From Methylibium sp. NZG (GTDB lineage: Bacteria > Pseudomonadota > Gammaproteobacteria > Burkholderiales > Burkholderiaceae_C), in the NCBI GenBank assembly GCA_001263235.1, contig LGRD01000018.1:210917-274916 (forward strand): a stretch of 64,000 nucleotides of DNA, read 5' to 3'. The position numbers were made by a program, and so were the translations under genes. The notes under the pieces are model-generated. The model did no database searches, was not told where the DNA came from, and worked only from the letters and a program-made list of their open reading frames with translations. Positions 43,011 through 52,929 of this stretch are shown here, in pieces; within the stretch, counting starts at the first letter, position 1, and each line of letters begins with the position of its first letter.

Positions 43011-45461
43011 ATGACCACTGCTCCCCCGTCGCGCCTCCACCCCGCGTCCCCCTGGGACGAACTGCCCGGCATGGTGCAGTTGCTGGAGCCCGATGGCGCA
43101 GCGCGCTACGTGAACGCCGCCCTCGCGGCCTTCCTGGGGTTGAGCGCAGACCAAGCCCTGGCCCACGGCTGGCATGCGTCGCTGAGCGCCGAGTCGCGCC
43201 AGGCCTTGTTCGCTGTGCTTGCCAACCAGCGCGACTTCGAGATGCCGCTGCAGTGGCGCCACGCCGACGGCCAGACGCGCTGGCTCGACTGCCTGGCGCG
43301 CTGGTCGGCCGAGCGTGGCGACTTCTTGTGCTTGCTGCGCGACGAGACGCTCGGCCGGCGCGTGCTGGGCCAGGCGCAAGGCCAGGCCGACCTGTTCCGC
43401 CTGATGACGGACAACGTGCCGCTGATGATCGCGTATTACCGCGCCGCCGACTTCCAGTGCCAGTTCGCCAACCTCGGTTACGCACGCGCCTTCGGGCACG
43501 ACGAGAAGTCCATCCTCGGCCTCACCTTCAGGCAGGTGATCGGTGAAGACGCGGCGCGCCAGGTCGAGCCTGAAGTCCAGGCTGTGCTGCAACGGCGCCA
43601 GCCGGTGTCTTACGAGCGCACGCTGGCCGCCGCCGATGGCACGACGCGCTGGATCGAGGTCAACCTGCTGCCGCACATCAGCCCGGCGGCTGAGGTGATC
43701 GGCGTGTTCGTGCTCGTCTCCGACATCACCAAGCACCGCCTGGCCGAGCAGGCCGTGCGCGACTCCGAAGGGCGGCTCGCGCAGTTCATGCAGGCCAGCA
43801 CCGAGGGCATCGTGTTCCACAAGGACGGCGTCGTCGTCGACGCCAACCCGCCGATGTGCGAGCTGATCGGCCACACGCTCGACGAAATGCGCGGCCGCCC
43901 GACGATGGACTTCATCGCGCCCGAGCATGTGGCCCGTGTCAGCGCGGTGATGGCCTCGGGCCAGGAGACCGCCTACGAAAGCGTGATGATCGACAAGGCC
44001 GGCCGGCAGATCCCGGTGGAGTTCGTCGTGCGCACCATGCTGCGCCACGGCGAGCGGCTGCGCATGACGATCGTGCGCGACCTGCGAGACCGGCATGCCG
44101 CGCAGGCGCGCATCCACCACCTGGCGCACCACGACACGTTGACCGGCCTGCCCAACCGCATGTCCTTCATGGAGCAGCTCGACCACCGGCTGCTGGGCGC
44201 GCGCAAGAGCGGCTCGCGGCTGGCGCTGCTGTTCATCGACCTGGACCACTTCAAGCGCGTCAACGACTCGCTCGGCCACCTGGTGGGCGACACGCTGCTG
44301 CGCACCGTGGCGGCGCGCATCACGTCGAGCCTGCGCGCCACCGACATCGTGGCGCGCTTCGGCGGCGACGAGTTCATGGTGCTGCTGCCAGGGCTGCCGG
44401 GTATTCAAGGCGCACCCGGCGAGCGCGGCACCGACGTGGAGGAGGTGGCGCAGAAGCTGCTGGCCGCGATCGAGGTGCCGCTGATTGCCGAGGGGCGGCC
44501 GATCTCGGTGACGCCGTCGGTGGGCATCGCGATGTTCCCTGACGACGGAGACTCGCCGCACGAACTCGTCAAACATGCCGACACCGCGATGTACCTGGCC
44601 AAGTCGCGCGGGCGCGCCAACTACCAGTTCTTCGACCGCGGCATGGCCAGCGCCGCCTATGCCGCGCTGGTGATGGAAGGGCAGCTCGCGCAGGCGCTGG
44701 AGCGCGGTGAGTTCGAGCTGTACTTTCAGCCGCAGGTCACCGCGCAGATGGGCATGGGCTTTGGCGCCCTGGTGGGCGCCGAAGCGCTGATCCGCTGGAA
44801 CCACCCTGAGCGCGGCCTGCTGCTGCCCAACGAGTTCATCCACCTCGCCGAGCGCCAGCGGCTGATGCTGCGCATCGGCCAGTGGGTGCTGCAGGAGGCG
44901 GCGCGCTGCATCAAGCGCTGGCACGCCATCGAGCTGGGCGTGCCGACCGTGGCGGTGAACCTGTCGACGCTGCAGTTCTTGTCGCCCGGCTTCATCGACG
45001 CCGTGGCGCAGGTGCTGCCGGCCGACGGGCTGGACAGCGGCATGCTGGAGCTGGAGCTGACCGAACGCATGCTGATGGACGACATGACCGAGGTGAAGCA
45101 GCGCCTGATGCGCCTGCGCGCGATGGGCCTGAGCATCTCGGTCGACGACTTCGGCACCGGCTACTCGTCGCTCGGCCACTTGAAGAACCTGCCGATCGAC
45201 AAGCTCAAGATCGACCGCTCGTTCATCCGCGACCTGCCCGACGCGCGCAACTCGGTTGCCATCGCCTCCGCCATCATCCAGATGGGCCGCAGCCTGGGCA
45301 TGACGGTGATCGCCGAGGGCGTGGAGACGGCGGCCCAAGGCGAGTTCCTGGCGGCGCAGGGCTGCGACGAGATCCAGGGCTACCTCGTCAGCCCGCCGCT
45401 GCCGCTGGTGCAGTTCGAGGCGTGGGTGAGGGAGCGCAGGGCGGGGCGTGAGGCGGGGTGA
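43011..45461 (+). CDS. PAS/PAC-GGDEF-EAL c-di-GMP signalling protein
   Basis: Several PAS-like segments, then RFGGDEFMVLL and EALIRW...DDFGTGYSSL...EIQGY. ATG 43011 preferred over 42903. Confidence 0.9.
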   Translation: MTTAPPSRLHPASPWDELPGMVQLLEPDGAARYVNAALAAFLGLSADQALAHGWHASLSAESRQALFAVLANQRDFEMPLQWRHADGQTRWLDCLARWSAERGDFLCLLRDETLGRRVLGQAQGQADLFRLMTDNVPLMIAYYRAADFQCQFANLGYARAFGHDEKSILGLTFRQVIGEDAARQVEPEVQAVLQRRQPVSYERTLAAADGTTRWIEVNLLPHISPAAEVIGVFVLVSDITKHRLAEQAVRDSEGRLAQFMQASTEGIVFHKDGVVVDANPPMCELIGHTLDEMRGRPTMDFIAPEHVARVSAVMASGQETAYESVMIDKAGRQIPVEFVVRTMLRHGERLRMTIVRDLRDRHAAQARIHHLAHHDTLTGLPNRMSFMEQLDHRLLGARKSGSRLALLFIDLDHFKRVNDSLGHLVGDTLLRTVAARITSSLRATDIVARFGGDEFMVLLPGLPGIQGAPGERGTDVEEVAQKLLAAIEVPLIAEGRPISVTPSVGIAMFPDDGDSPHELVKHADTAMYLAKSRGRANYQFFDRGMASAAYAALVMEGQLAQALERGEFELYFQPQVTAQMGMGFGALVGAEALIRWNHPERGLLLPNEFIHLAERQRLMLRIGQWVLQEAARCIKRWHAIELGVPTVAVNLSTLQFLSPGFIDAVAQVLPADGLDSGMLELELTERMLMDDMTEVKQRLMRLRAMGLSISVDDFGTGYSSLGHLKNLPIDKLKIDRSFIRDLPDARNSVAIASAIIQMGRSLGMTVIAEGVETAAQGEFLAAQGCDEIQGYLVSPPLPLVQFEAWVRERRAGREAG

Positions 45462-45473
45462 CGCCCGTTCGAG

Positions 45474-45788
45474 TTAGGCCGACGCGTCACGAAACGCGCG
45501 AAGCACTGCGTTGATTCTGGTCTGGTAGCCAGAGCCTTGCGACTTGAACCACTCAAGAACGTCTTGATCCACTCGCAGCGAAACAAGCGACTTGGACGGC
45601 GCAGGCTGCAAACCCTTGCGGACAATGCCGCGCACGATGTGCTTGACATCCGCCTCGGGATGCTCGGCGCTCGGACTGCCAGAGCGCGTGGGATCGGCGA
45701 GGCGGGCCCAGTCAGTCTTGGACTTGATGGAAGTAGATGGCTGCTTCACGCTTCGTTGCCTTGCGGAAGGAGATGACGCGGATTTCAT
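45474..45788 (-). CDS. brnA: BrnA-family antitoxin (RHH)
   Basis: KTDWARLADP...SLRVDQDVLEWFKSQGSGYQTRINAVLRAF. The start is uncertain: ATG 45788 or GTG 45749, and both overlap brnT. Confidence 0.8.
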   Translation of the reverse strand: MKSASSPSARQRSVKQPSTSIKSKTDWARLADPTRSGSPSAEHPEADVKHIVRGIVRKGLQPAPSKSLVSLRVDQDVLEWFKSQGSGYQTRINAVLRAFRDASA

Positions 45789-45987
45789 CTTCGGACTCCG
45801 TGTGAACTATTGAAACCGGGACACCCGCCAACAAGCCAAGTGTCTCGAACCGTTGTTCCCCATAGTCAAAGCGTGCATCTTCAAAGGTGTAGGTTGCACT
45901 TTCAAAGACGCGAGGCGCATCGACGAAATCGAGGCCATGATCCTTAAGGTTGATCGCGCGCTTGCGCTCTGACCATGTGAAACGCAT
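45712..45987 (-). CDS. brnT: BrnT-family toxin (DUF497 ribonuclease)
   Basis: MRFTWSERKRAINLKDHGLDFVDAPRVFE...RVISFRKATKRE, 91 aa. Confidence 0.82.
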   Translation of the reverse strand: MRFTWSERKRAINLKDHGLDFVDAPRVFESATYTFEDARFDYGEQRFETLGLLAGVPVSIVHTESEDEIRVISFRKATKREAAIYFHQVQD

Positions 45988-46077
45988 GCCAGAGTGTAGC
46001 TACATTCGGCAGCTACGGTAGGCGAATGTCTCCCCGGTGGCCTAGCTAGCTTCGCCTGAGCAACCCCAACTCCAACT

Positions 46078-46839
46078 TCAGGGCGAGAGCATGCTACGCA
46101 CTTCTGCGATGGAGTACTCCGGCTCCCGCGAGTGGATGACTGCATGGCAGTTTGGACAAACGGGCAGGAGATCGACAACCGGGTTGACTTGCCGCCTCCC
46201 TGGTCGTGACGCCAACGGCGCAAGGTGATGAACATGCACCACGTCAATTGGTAGCCCGCTGTAGCGATCGCGAAGCCGAATACTGCAAGCGGCGCATGCA
46301 TAGCCGTGGTGCTCCAAGCACTTGCGTCGCGCCGCCGACGAGCGCTCAAGTTGCTTGAGCGTGACGTCTCGAACAAGGCCTTCTACGAACGTCTCCTCTA
46401 CTCTTGTGACCTCAAGACCTGGAGTCACCGGCAGTTGGGCATCCTGGAGGAGGACACGGAGAGCTATCGTTGGATTCGCGATGATGAGAAATCCGCGACC
46501 TGCACTCGAGCCTCCGCCTGCTTGAAGACTGAGGTCGTCAAGTTCGCAGTCGTACTTTGCACAGAACCTATCGGCGAAGTCCTGAAGCTCGTCTACAGGA
46601 ACGCCGTTAAAGGGATGATTCATGCCGACAAAGCGATAGCCCACGGTACCGCGCCTTGAGAGGACGCTTCCGTTGATGGAGCCATACCGAATGCCGCCGT
46701 GCTCAAGGTTGATCGTCTTGCCGGCATGCTCGGTCGTGACCGCGTGCTGGAAACCATGCCGCCTCAATACAGTAAGAAATGCGAGTACCTGCCCCGAGAG
46801 GCTTGGGCCGGTGTATCCAGTGGGCAACGACGCGGACAT
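46078..46839 (-). CDS. HNH endonuclease, McrA-like C-terminus with uncharacterised N-terminal domain
   Basis: C-terminal RRKCLEHHGYACAACS...VHVHHLAPL...LLPVCPNCHAVIH (a Cys4 plus HNH arrangement). I recognised no family for the N-terminal ~165 aa. GC is lower than the flanks. Confidence 0.75.
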   Translation of the reverse strand: MSASLPTGYTGPSLSGQVLAFLTVLRRHGFQHAVTTEHAGKTINLEHGGIRYGSINGSVLSRRGTVGYRFVGMNHPFNGVPVDELQDFADRFCAKYDCELDDLSLQAGGGSSAGRGFLIIANPTIALRVLLQDAQLPVTPGLEVTRVEETFVEGLVRDVTLKQLERSSAARRKCLEHHGYACAACSIRLRDRYSGLPIDVVHVHHLAPLASRPGRRQVNPVVDLLPVCPNCHAVIHSREPEYSIAEVRSMLSP

Positions 46840-46896
46840 GTTCTCTGAAACCTGAACGTGTTTTGGACGTGCATCCGATCAAGCGGACAGCCCCAG

Positions 46897-48288
46897 CTAG
46901 CCCCTCTTCTTGACCGGCCGGCTCCAGGCTTCGATCGACACCTGCTTGGCACGCACCACCGTGAGCTGCCCCGCCGGCGCATCCTTCGTCACCGTCGAGC
47001 CGCCGCCGATCGTCGCGCCCGCGCCGAGGCGCACTGGCGCCACCAGCACGCAGTTGCTCCCCACATGCACATCCGCCTCGATGATCGTGCGGTGCTTGTT
47101 CGCGCCATCGTAGTTGGCAGTGATGCTGCCGGCGCCGTAGTTCACGCGTTCGCCGACCGTCGCATCGCCGAGGTAGGCGAGGTGGTTGGCCTTGGAACCG
47201 CGCGCCATCGTCGAGTTTTTCACCTCGACGAAGTTGCCGATGTGAACGTCTTCGGCCAGGTCAGCGCCGGGGCGCAGGCGCGCAAACGGGCCGACCAGTG
47301 AGCCGGCGCCGACCTTCACGCCGAGCGCCTCGCCGTCGATGTGCGTGAAGGGGTGGATCACCGCGCCGGCGGCGATCGTCGCGTTGCGGATGCAGCAGTT
47401 GGAACCGATGCGCACGCCGTCGCCGAGTGTCACGCAGCCTTCGAAGACGCAGTTGACGTCGATCTCCACGTCGGCCCCGGTGAGCAACTCGCCGCGCACG
47501 TCGAAGCGCGCCGGGTCGGCCAGGCGCACGCCGGCTTCCATGAACTCTTCAGCCAACCGCTTCTGGAAGCGACGCTCCAGTTCGGCCAGTTGCAGCGGGC
47601 TGTTGACGCCGAGCGCCTCGGTCTCGTCGGCGGCCAGCGCGGCGGTCACCGGCACGCCGTCGGCCACGGCGGCGGCGACGATGTCGGTCAGGTAGTACTC
47701 GCCCTGGGCGTTGTCGTTCTTGAGCGCAGCCAGCCAGCGCTTGAGGTGCGCGGTGGGCACGGCCATCATGCCGGTGTAGCCCTCGCGGATCGTGCGTTGC
47801 TGCGGCGTCGCGTCCTTGTGTTCGACGATCGCGCGCACGGCGTCGCCCGCATGGCCATGCCCTTCACGCACGATGCGGCCGTAGCCGCTCGGGTCGTCGA
47901 GCATCACCGTGAGCAGCGCCAGGCGCGTGCCGCCGCAGGCCTGCACGAGCGCGCGCATGGTGTCGGCGCGGATCAGCGGCACGTCGCCGTTGAGGATCAG
48001 CGTGGTGCCCGCGTCGTGCAGCGCAGGCACCGCTTGCTGCACCGCGTGGCCGGTGCCGAGCTGCGGCATCTGGCGGACGAACTGCAGGTTCGGCGCGGTC
48101 ACCGCGGCTTCAACCCTGTCGGCGCCATGGCCGGTGATCGTCACGATGCGCGCGGCCCCCAGCCCGGTGGCGGTGCCCAGCACGTGCTGCAGCAGGCTCT
48201 GGCCGGCGAGCTTGTGCAACACTTTGGGCAAGGCCGACTTCATGCGGGTGCCTTTGCCTGCGGCCATGATCACGATGTCCAACATCAT
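46897..48288 (-). CDS. glmU: Bifunctional GlcNAc-1-P uridyltransferase / GlcN-1-P acetyltransferase
   Basis: [16 protein letters not shown], with hexapeptide-repeat LbH in the C-terminal half. The ATG at 48288 is preceded by GGAGA; the track start at 48312 is a TTG. Confidence 0.94.
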   Translation of the reverse strand: MMLDIVIMAAGKGTRMKSALPKVLHKLAGQSLLQHVLGTATGLGAARIVTITGHGADRVEAAVTAPNLQFVRQMPQLGTGHAVQQAVPALHDAGTTLILNGDVPLIRADTMRALVQACGGTRLALLTVMLDDPSGYGRIVREGHGHAGDAVRAIVEHKDATPQQRTIREGYTGMMAVPTAHLKRWLAALKNDNAQGEYYLTDIVAAAVADGVPVTAALAADETEALGVNSPLQLAELERRFQKRLAEEFMEAGVRLADPARFDVRGELLTGADVEIDVNCVFEGCVTLGDGVRIGSNCCIRNATIAAGAVIHPFTHIDGEALGVKVGAGSLVGPFARLRPGADLAEDVHIGNFVEVKNSTMARGSKANHLAYLGDATVGERVNYGAGSITANYDGANKHRTIIEADVHVGSNCVLVAPVRLGAGATIGGGSTVTKDAPAGQLTVVRAKQVSIEAWSRPVKKRG

Positions 48289-49213
48289 CTCGGGTGTCTC
48301 CAGATTTGCCAACGATCGCCCCGCTCGCGGGCCGGTTGGGCCGGCTTTTAGATGGCCGATTATTGCGGCGCTGTGCGTGGTGCTGGCCCTGTCGGCCGGG
48401 TGCAGTGCGTTACGATTTGGCTATAACCAGGCGCCCGATCTGGGCTACTGGTGGCTCGACAGCTACATCGATTTCGACGACGCGCAAACGCTGAAGGTGC
48501 GCAACGGCTTGACCGGCTGGTTCGCCTGGCACCGCAGCACCCAGTTGCCCGACTACGCCCAGCTGCTCGTGCGCGCGCAGGCCGAGGCGCTGGCCGACAC
48601 GACGCCCGCGCGCGTGTGCGAATGGTGGGCCACGCTGAGCGTGCGGCTGGACAGCGCGTTCGAGCGCGCGGTGCCAGTGGGCGCCGACCTGATGCTGAGC
48701 ATCGGCCCGAAGCAAGTCCAGCACATGGAGCGGCGCTACGCCAAAGCGAACGGCGAGTTCCGCAGCGAGTTCTTGCAGGGCGACCCGGCCAAGCGGCGCA
48801 AGGCGTCTGTCGACCGTGCGATCGAGCGAGCGGAGCTGTTGTACGGCACGCTGACGGATGGCCAGCGCGAACAGGTGGCGCGGATGGTGGGCGGCTCGCC
48901 GTTCGACGCCGACCTGTGGTTCAGCGAGCGCAAGCGGCGCCAGCAGGACGCGCTGCAGATGCTGCTTCGCCTGAACGCCGAAGGGGCAGGGCGCGACAAG
49001 GCCGAGGCGGCGCTGCGGGCCTACATCGAACGCTGGCGCCGTTCACCGCGAGACGAGTACCGGCGCTACGCCGAGGGCCTGGCCGACTTCAACTGCAGCT
49101 TTGCGGCCAGCCTGCACAACAGCACTACGGCGGCGCAGCGGCAGACGGCGGTGCAAAAGCTGAAGGGCTGGGAGGGCGACGCGCGCGCGCTGGCCGCCGA
49201 GGGCGGCCGCTGA
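48275..49213 (+). CDS. Conserved hypothetical lipoprotein
   Basis: Lipobox LSAGC|S, followed by [24 protein letters not shown]. The only convincing in-frame start is ATG 48275, which overlaps the glmU 5' end. The upstream part of ORF 47909..49213 is antisense to glmU. Confidence 0.6.
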   Translation: MSNIISGVSRFANDRPARGPVGPAFRWPIIAALCVVLALSAGCSALRFGYNQAPDLGYWWLDSYIDFDDAQTLKVRNGLTGWFAWHRSTQLPDYAQLLVRAQAEALADTTPARVCEWWATLSVRLDSAFERAVPVGADLMLSIGPKQVQHMERRYAKANGEFRSEFLQGDPAKRRKASVDRAIERAELLYGTLTDGQREQVARMVGGSPFDADLWFSERKRRQQDALQMLLRLNAEGAGRDKAEAALRAYIERWRRSPRDEYRRYAEGLADFNCSFAASLHNSTTAAQRQTAVQKLKGWEGDARALAAEGGR

Positions 49214-49320
49214 AAGGTGAGCGTCGCGCGCCGGGTCGCGCGTGAAGCCGTGGGCCTAGGCGCCGGGTCGATCGCGGGCTGAAGCGCAGGATCAAGCGCG
49301 GGATCAAGCGTCCCGCGAGG

Positions 49321-49917
49321 TCACCGCTTGATCTCGACGCTGACGTTGCGCGGGTTGATGCCGCCGGTCGGAAAGTCCTTCATCGCGGCCTCGAACATCG
49401 CCGGCAGCAGCGAGTTGATCGCCGACGACGCGCCGTCGTTGCTGGCACGCGCTTCGTACAAGGCCTGGCCGGTCTTGCGGTCGCGGATCAGCAACGCGAC
49501 CTCGCGTTCGTAGGTGGGCGTGGCGAACTGCACACCCAGCCCCGGCCCCCAGTAGCCGCGCCCGAAGCGGCCGTAGTGCGAGTAGAACGCGCCACCGCGC
49601 CACCACAGCGGGTCGTCGTAGGGCGAGCGCTCGGCGGCGTTGACGCGCACGCCGAGCTGAATGCTGACGTCGGCCGCTTTCTCGTCCGCGGCCAGCGTAA
49701 AGCCGGCGGATTCGACGGCGCGGCGGGCGGCGTCCTCAAGCTGCTGCTGCCGCTCCGGCCGCGCCTGCTGTGAGGGCAGGCGCTCGAAGACGTAACTGCT
49801 CGGCTTGCGCTCGGCCGGCCACTGGCCGTAGCTCGACACCTCGCTGTTGAGCTGGTTGAACGCCGCACAGCCGCTCAAGGCCAGTGCTGCGGCAACAACG
49901 CTGATCGACTTCATCAT
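49321..49917 (-). CDS. Lipoprotein (DUF4136-like)
   Basis: MMKSISVVAAALALSGC lipobox. Length is about 198 aa. The family assignment is from memory only. Confidence 0.6.
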   Translation of the reverse strand: MMKSISVVAAALALSGCAAFNQLNSEVSSYGQWPAERKPSSYVFERLPSQQARPERQQQLEDAARRAVESAGFTLAADEKAADVSIQLGVRVNAAERSPYDDPLWWRGGAFYSHYGRFGRGYWGPGLGVQFATPTYEREVALLIRDRKTGQALYEARASNDGASSAINSLLPAMFEAAMKDFPTGGINPRNVSVEIKR

Positions 49918-49944
49918 GGCGAGCCTCCTTCCCTGGGGTGGTAT

Positions 49945-50937
49945 TCAGTCTTCGGGGTGCCGCCGGATCGTCACGTGGGACGTGTTGGCCGGCGTGCTGC
50001 AGGGATCGTCGTCGTCGAAGGCCTTGTCGCCCAGCGGCTCCGCCACACCGGTCGCTTGGAGGCCCTGGAACGGGTAGAGGTTCCTGTCCATCAAGTGTGA
50101 CGGCACCACATTGCCCATGGCGCTGAACAGGTTGTGCATGCGCCCAGGGTGCTGGCGCTCCCAGTCGCGCAGCATCTGGCGCGTCTGCACGCGTTGCAGG
50201 TTCTCCTGGTTGCCGCACAGGGTGCACGGGATGATCGGGAACTGCCGGTGGCGCGCCCAGCGCTCCAGGTCGGCCTCGGCCACGTAGGCCAGCGGCCGGA
50301 TCACGATGTGCCGGCCGTCGTCGCTGACGAGCTTGGGCGGCATGCCCTTCATGCGGCCGCCGAAGAACATGTTCATGAACAGCGTCTGCAGCATGTCGTC
50401 GCGGTGGTGGCCGAGTGCGATCTTGGTGGCGCCCAGCTCGCTGGCCACGCGGTACAGAATGCCGCGGCGCAGGCGCGAGCACAGGCTGCACATCGTCTTG
50501 CCCTCGGGGATGAGGCGCTTGACGATCGAGTAGGTGTCTTGCGCGGCGATGTGGAACGGCACGCCGCGGCCTTGCAGGTATTCGGGCAGCACGTGCTCGG
50601 GGAAGCCGGGCTGCTTCTGGTCGAGGTTGACGGCGACGATGTCGAACTGAACAGGCGCGCGCTGGCGCATGTCGATCAGGATGTCGAGCAGGCCGTAACT
50701 GTCCTTGCCGCCCGACACACAGACCATCACCTTGTCGCCCGGCTCGATCATGTTGAAGTCGCCAATCGCCTGGCCGACTTGACGGTGCAGCCGCTTGGAC
50801 AGCTTGGCCAGGCTGACTGGCAGGTCGGCGGGCGGGGCCGAGGCAGAGCTGGGATTTGCGGCGGCAGCGGCAGCGGCAGCGGCAGCAGCGGCAGCAGCGT
50901 TGGCGGCGGTAGCGTCGAGGTCGAGCATCGGTCTCAC
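49945..50937 (-). CDS. ttcA: tRNA 2-thiocytidine(32) synthetase
   Basis: PP-loop motif [34 protein letters not shown], and Cys motifs [10 protein letters not shown] and CTLCG. The start is GTG 50937 or ATG 50928. Confidence 0.92.
   Translation of the reverse strand: MRPMLDLDATAANAAAAAAAAAAAAAANPSSASAPPADLPVSLAKLSKRLHRQVGQAIGDFNMIEPGDKVMVCVSGGKDSYGLLDILIDMRQRAPVQFDIVAVNLDQKQPGFPEHVLPEYLQGRGVPFHIAAQDTYSIVKRLIPEGKTMCSLCSRLRRGILYRVASELGATKIALGHHRDDMLQTLFMNMFFGGRMKGMPPKLVSDDGRHIVIRPLAYVAEADLERWARHRQFPIIPCTLCGNQENLQRVQTRQMLRDWERQHPGRMHNLFSAMGNVVPSHLMDRNLYPFQGLQATGVAEPLGDKAFDDDDPCSTPANTSHVTIRRHPED
50857..50898 (-). repeat. In-frame (GCN)14 poly-alanine microsatellite in the ttcA 5' region
   Basis: Plus strand reads TGCGGCGGCAGCGGCAGCGGCAGCGGCAGCAGCGGCAGCAGC, encoding A14 between ...DATAAN and NPSSAS. 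Confidence 0.85.
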
Positions 50938-50962
50938 ATCCCAGGGCAGGTGCCGGCCAGCG

Positions 50963-51721
50963 TCACAGGTACGGAAAGTCCCGCGCCATCGGCTGCAGGT
51001 GGTAGCCGGCGTCGATCATCAAGGTGCTGCCGGTCAACGCCGCGTTGCCGAGCGCAAACGCCACGGCATCGGCCACGTCGGTCGGTTGCACCGTGCGGCC
51101 GGTGAGCGACAGCGCGGCCATGCGCTGCAGCCGGGCATCGTCGATCAGCGCGCTGTCCAGCGCGAGCCCCGGCGCCACGCCGACCACCCGCACCTGCGGC
51201 GCGAGCGCCTTGGCGAGCGTGCGCGTGAGCAGCTCCAGGCCGCCTTTGGACAGCGCGTACGACAGGTAGTCGGGGTTCGGGTTCCACAGCCGCTGGTCGA
51301 GCATCAGCACAAGCGCGCTGCGCACGTCGCGAGCGCCCGCGTGCGCGAGCAGCGCGCGCGCCAGCAGCACGGCGGAGCCGGTGTTGACGCAAGCGTGCTT
51401 GCTGAGCGACGCATAGCTGAACGTGCCCACATCGTCGTGTTCGAACAGGCTCGCGTTGTGCACCACGCCGTCGAGGCGGCCGAAGCGCTCGATCACTGCC
51501 GGCACGAGCGCTGTTGTGGCGGCCTCGTCGGCCAGGTCGGCCCGAAACGATTCGGCGCTGGCACCGTGGTCGCGCAACTGAGCCACCGTCGCGGCCGCAG
51601 CGTCGGCCGAATGGTGGAAGTGCAGTGCGATGTCGTGCCCGCGCTGCGCCAGTTCCAGCGCGATGACGCGGCCCAGGCGCTGTGCGGCGCCGGTGACGAG
51701 GACGACGGGGCGGGAGGGCAT
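50963..51721 (-). CDS. Short-chain dehydrogenase/reductase, pteridine/dihydromonapterin reductase-like
   Basis: [22 protein letters not shown] and the YxxxK motif (YALSKGGL). Trimmed to MPSRPVV at 51721. Confidence 0.8.
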   Translation of the reverse strand: MPSRPVVLVTGAAQRLGRVIALELAQRGHDIALHFHHSADAAAATVAQLRDHGASAESFRADLADEAATTALVPAVIERFGRLDGVVHNASLFEHDDVGTFSYASLSKHACVNTGSAVLLARALLAHAGARDVRSALVLMLDQRLWNPNPDYLSYALSKGGLELLTRTLAKALAPQVRVVGVAPGLALDSALIDDARLQRMAALSLTGRTVQPTDVADAVAFALGNAALTGSTLMIDAGYHLQPMARDFPYL

Positions 51722-51738
51722 GCTTCCTACAATGGGCG

Positions 51739-52929
51739 ATGCACGAACATCAAAGCGCCAGTGTATCGGCGGCACTGTTGCGCTTGGTCCGCGAGGCGAT
51801 TGCCCGCAACGGTGGCTGGTTGCCCTTCGACCGCTTCATGGCGATGGTGTTGTATGCGCCGGGCCTGGGCTACTACGCCAACACCGGCCGCAAGTTCGGG
51901 CACCTGCCGGCCTCGGGCAGCGACTTCGTCACCGCACCGGAGTTGTCGCCGCTGTTCGGCCAGGCGCTGGCGCACCAGGTGGCGCAGGCGCTGCAGGCCA
52001 CCGGCACCGACGAGGTCTGGGAGTTCGGCGCCGGCTCGGGCGCGTTGGCGGCGCAGTTGCTGGGCTCGCTCGGCGCGAGCGTGCGGCGCTACACGATCGT
52101 CGATCTGTCGGCCAGCCTGCGCGAGCGCCAGCAAGAGGCGCTGCGGCGCTGGGCAGGGCAGGTCGCCTGGGCCGATGCGCTGCCCGCGCAGATGCAGGGC
52201 GTCGTCGTCGGCAACGAGGTGCTCGACGCGATGCCGGTGCAACTGCTGCACTTCGGCGCCGAGGGCTGGCAGGAGCGCGGTGTGGTCGTTGACAACGTTG
52301 CCTCGGCAGGCGACCCGGACAGACGCCTGGGCGATCACCCAGCGAGCATCGCGAATCACCGCTCGGCCAGCGATGCGGCTGGCGACGGCGCTGCATTCAC
52401 GTGGGCAGACCGAGCCACCACGCTGTCTGCGCCGTTCGAGTCGCCGCCGCCGATCGGCACCGTCACCGAGGTCCACGCCCAGGCCGAAGCCTTCATCGCC
52501 ACGCTGGCCGAGCGCTTGACGCGCGGCGCGGCGTTCTTCATCGACTACGGGTTTCCGCAAGCCGAGTACTACCACCCGCAGCGCACCGGCGGCACGCTGA
52601 TGTGCCACCGCGCGCACTGCGTGGACGCCGATCCGCTGGCCGACCTGGGGTTGAAGGACATCACCGCGCACGTCAACTTCACCGGCATTGCGCTGGCAGG
52701 GCAGGACGCCGGGCTCGACGTGCTGGGCTACACCAGCCAGGCGCGCTTCCTGCTGAACTGCGGGCTGGGCGAGTTGCTGCAAGGCGCCGATGTGCGAGCG
52801 GCTGTGCCCGCACAGAAGCTGCTGATGGAGCACGAGATGGGAGAGCTCTTCAAGGTGATCGGCTTTGCCAAGGGCGGTGAGTTCGATGCGCTGGGCTTTT
52901 CCAGCGGCGACCGGTCGCACACGCTGTGA
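51739..52929 (+). CDS. SAM-dependent methyltransferase, MidA/NDUFAF7 (DUF185) family
   Basis: FDRFMAMVLYAPGLGYY, DFVTAPELSPLFG and EFGAGSGALA. Confidence 0.8.
   Translation: MHEHQSASVSAALLRLVREAIARNGGWLPFDRFMAMVLYAPGLGYYANTGRKFGHLPASGSDFVTAPELSPLFGQALAHQVAQALQATGTDEVWEFGAGSGALAAQLLGSLGASVRRYTIVDLSASLRERQQEALRRWAGQVAWADALPAQMQGVVVGNEVLDAMPVQLLHFGAEGWQERGVVVDNVASAGDPDRRLGDHPASIANHRSASDAAGDGAAFTWADRATTLSAPFESPPPIGTVTEVHAQAEAFIATLAERLTRGAAFFIDYGFPQAEYYHPQRTGGTLMCHRAHCVDADPLADLGLKDITAHVNFTGIALAGQDAGLDVLGYTSQARFLLNCGLGELLQGADVRAAVPAQKLLMEHEMGELFKVIGFAKGGEFDALGFSSGDRSHTL

Noticed and set aside
49297-49317. Hairpin CGCGGGA/TCCCGCG and direct repeat GGATCAAGCG x2 between the convergent lipoprotein genes
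   Set aside because: It is probably just a weak bidirectional terminator. It is short, has no T-tract and nothing unusual.
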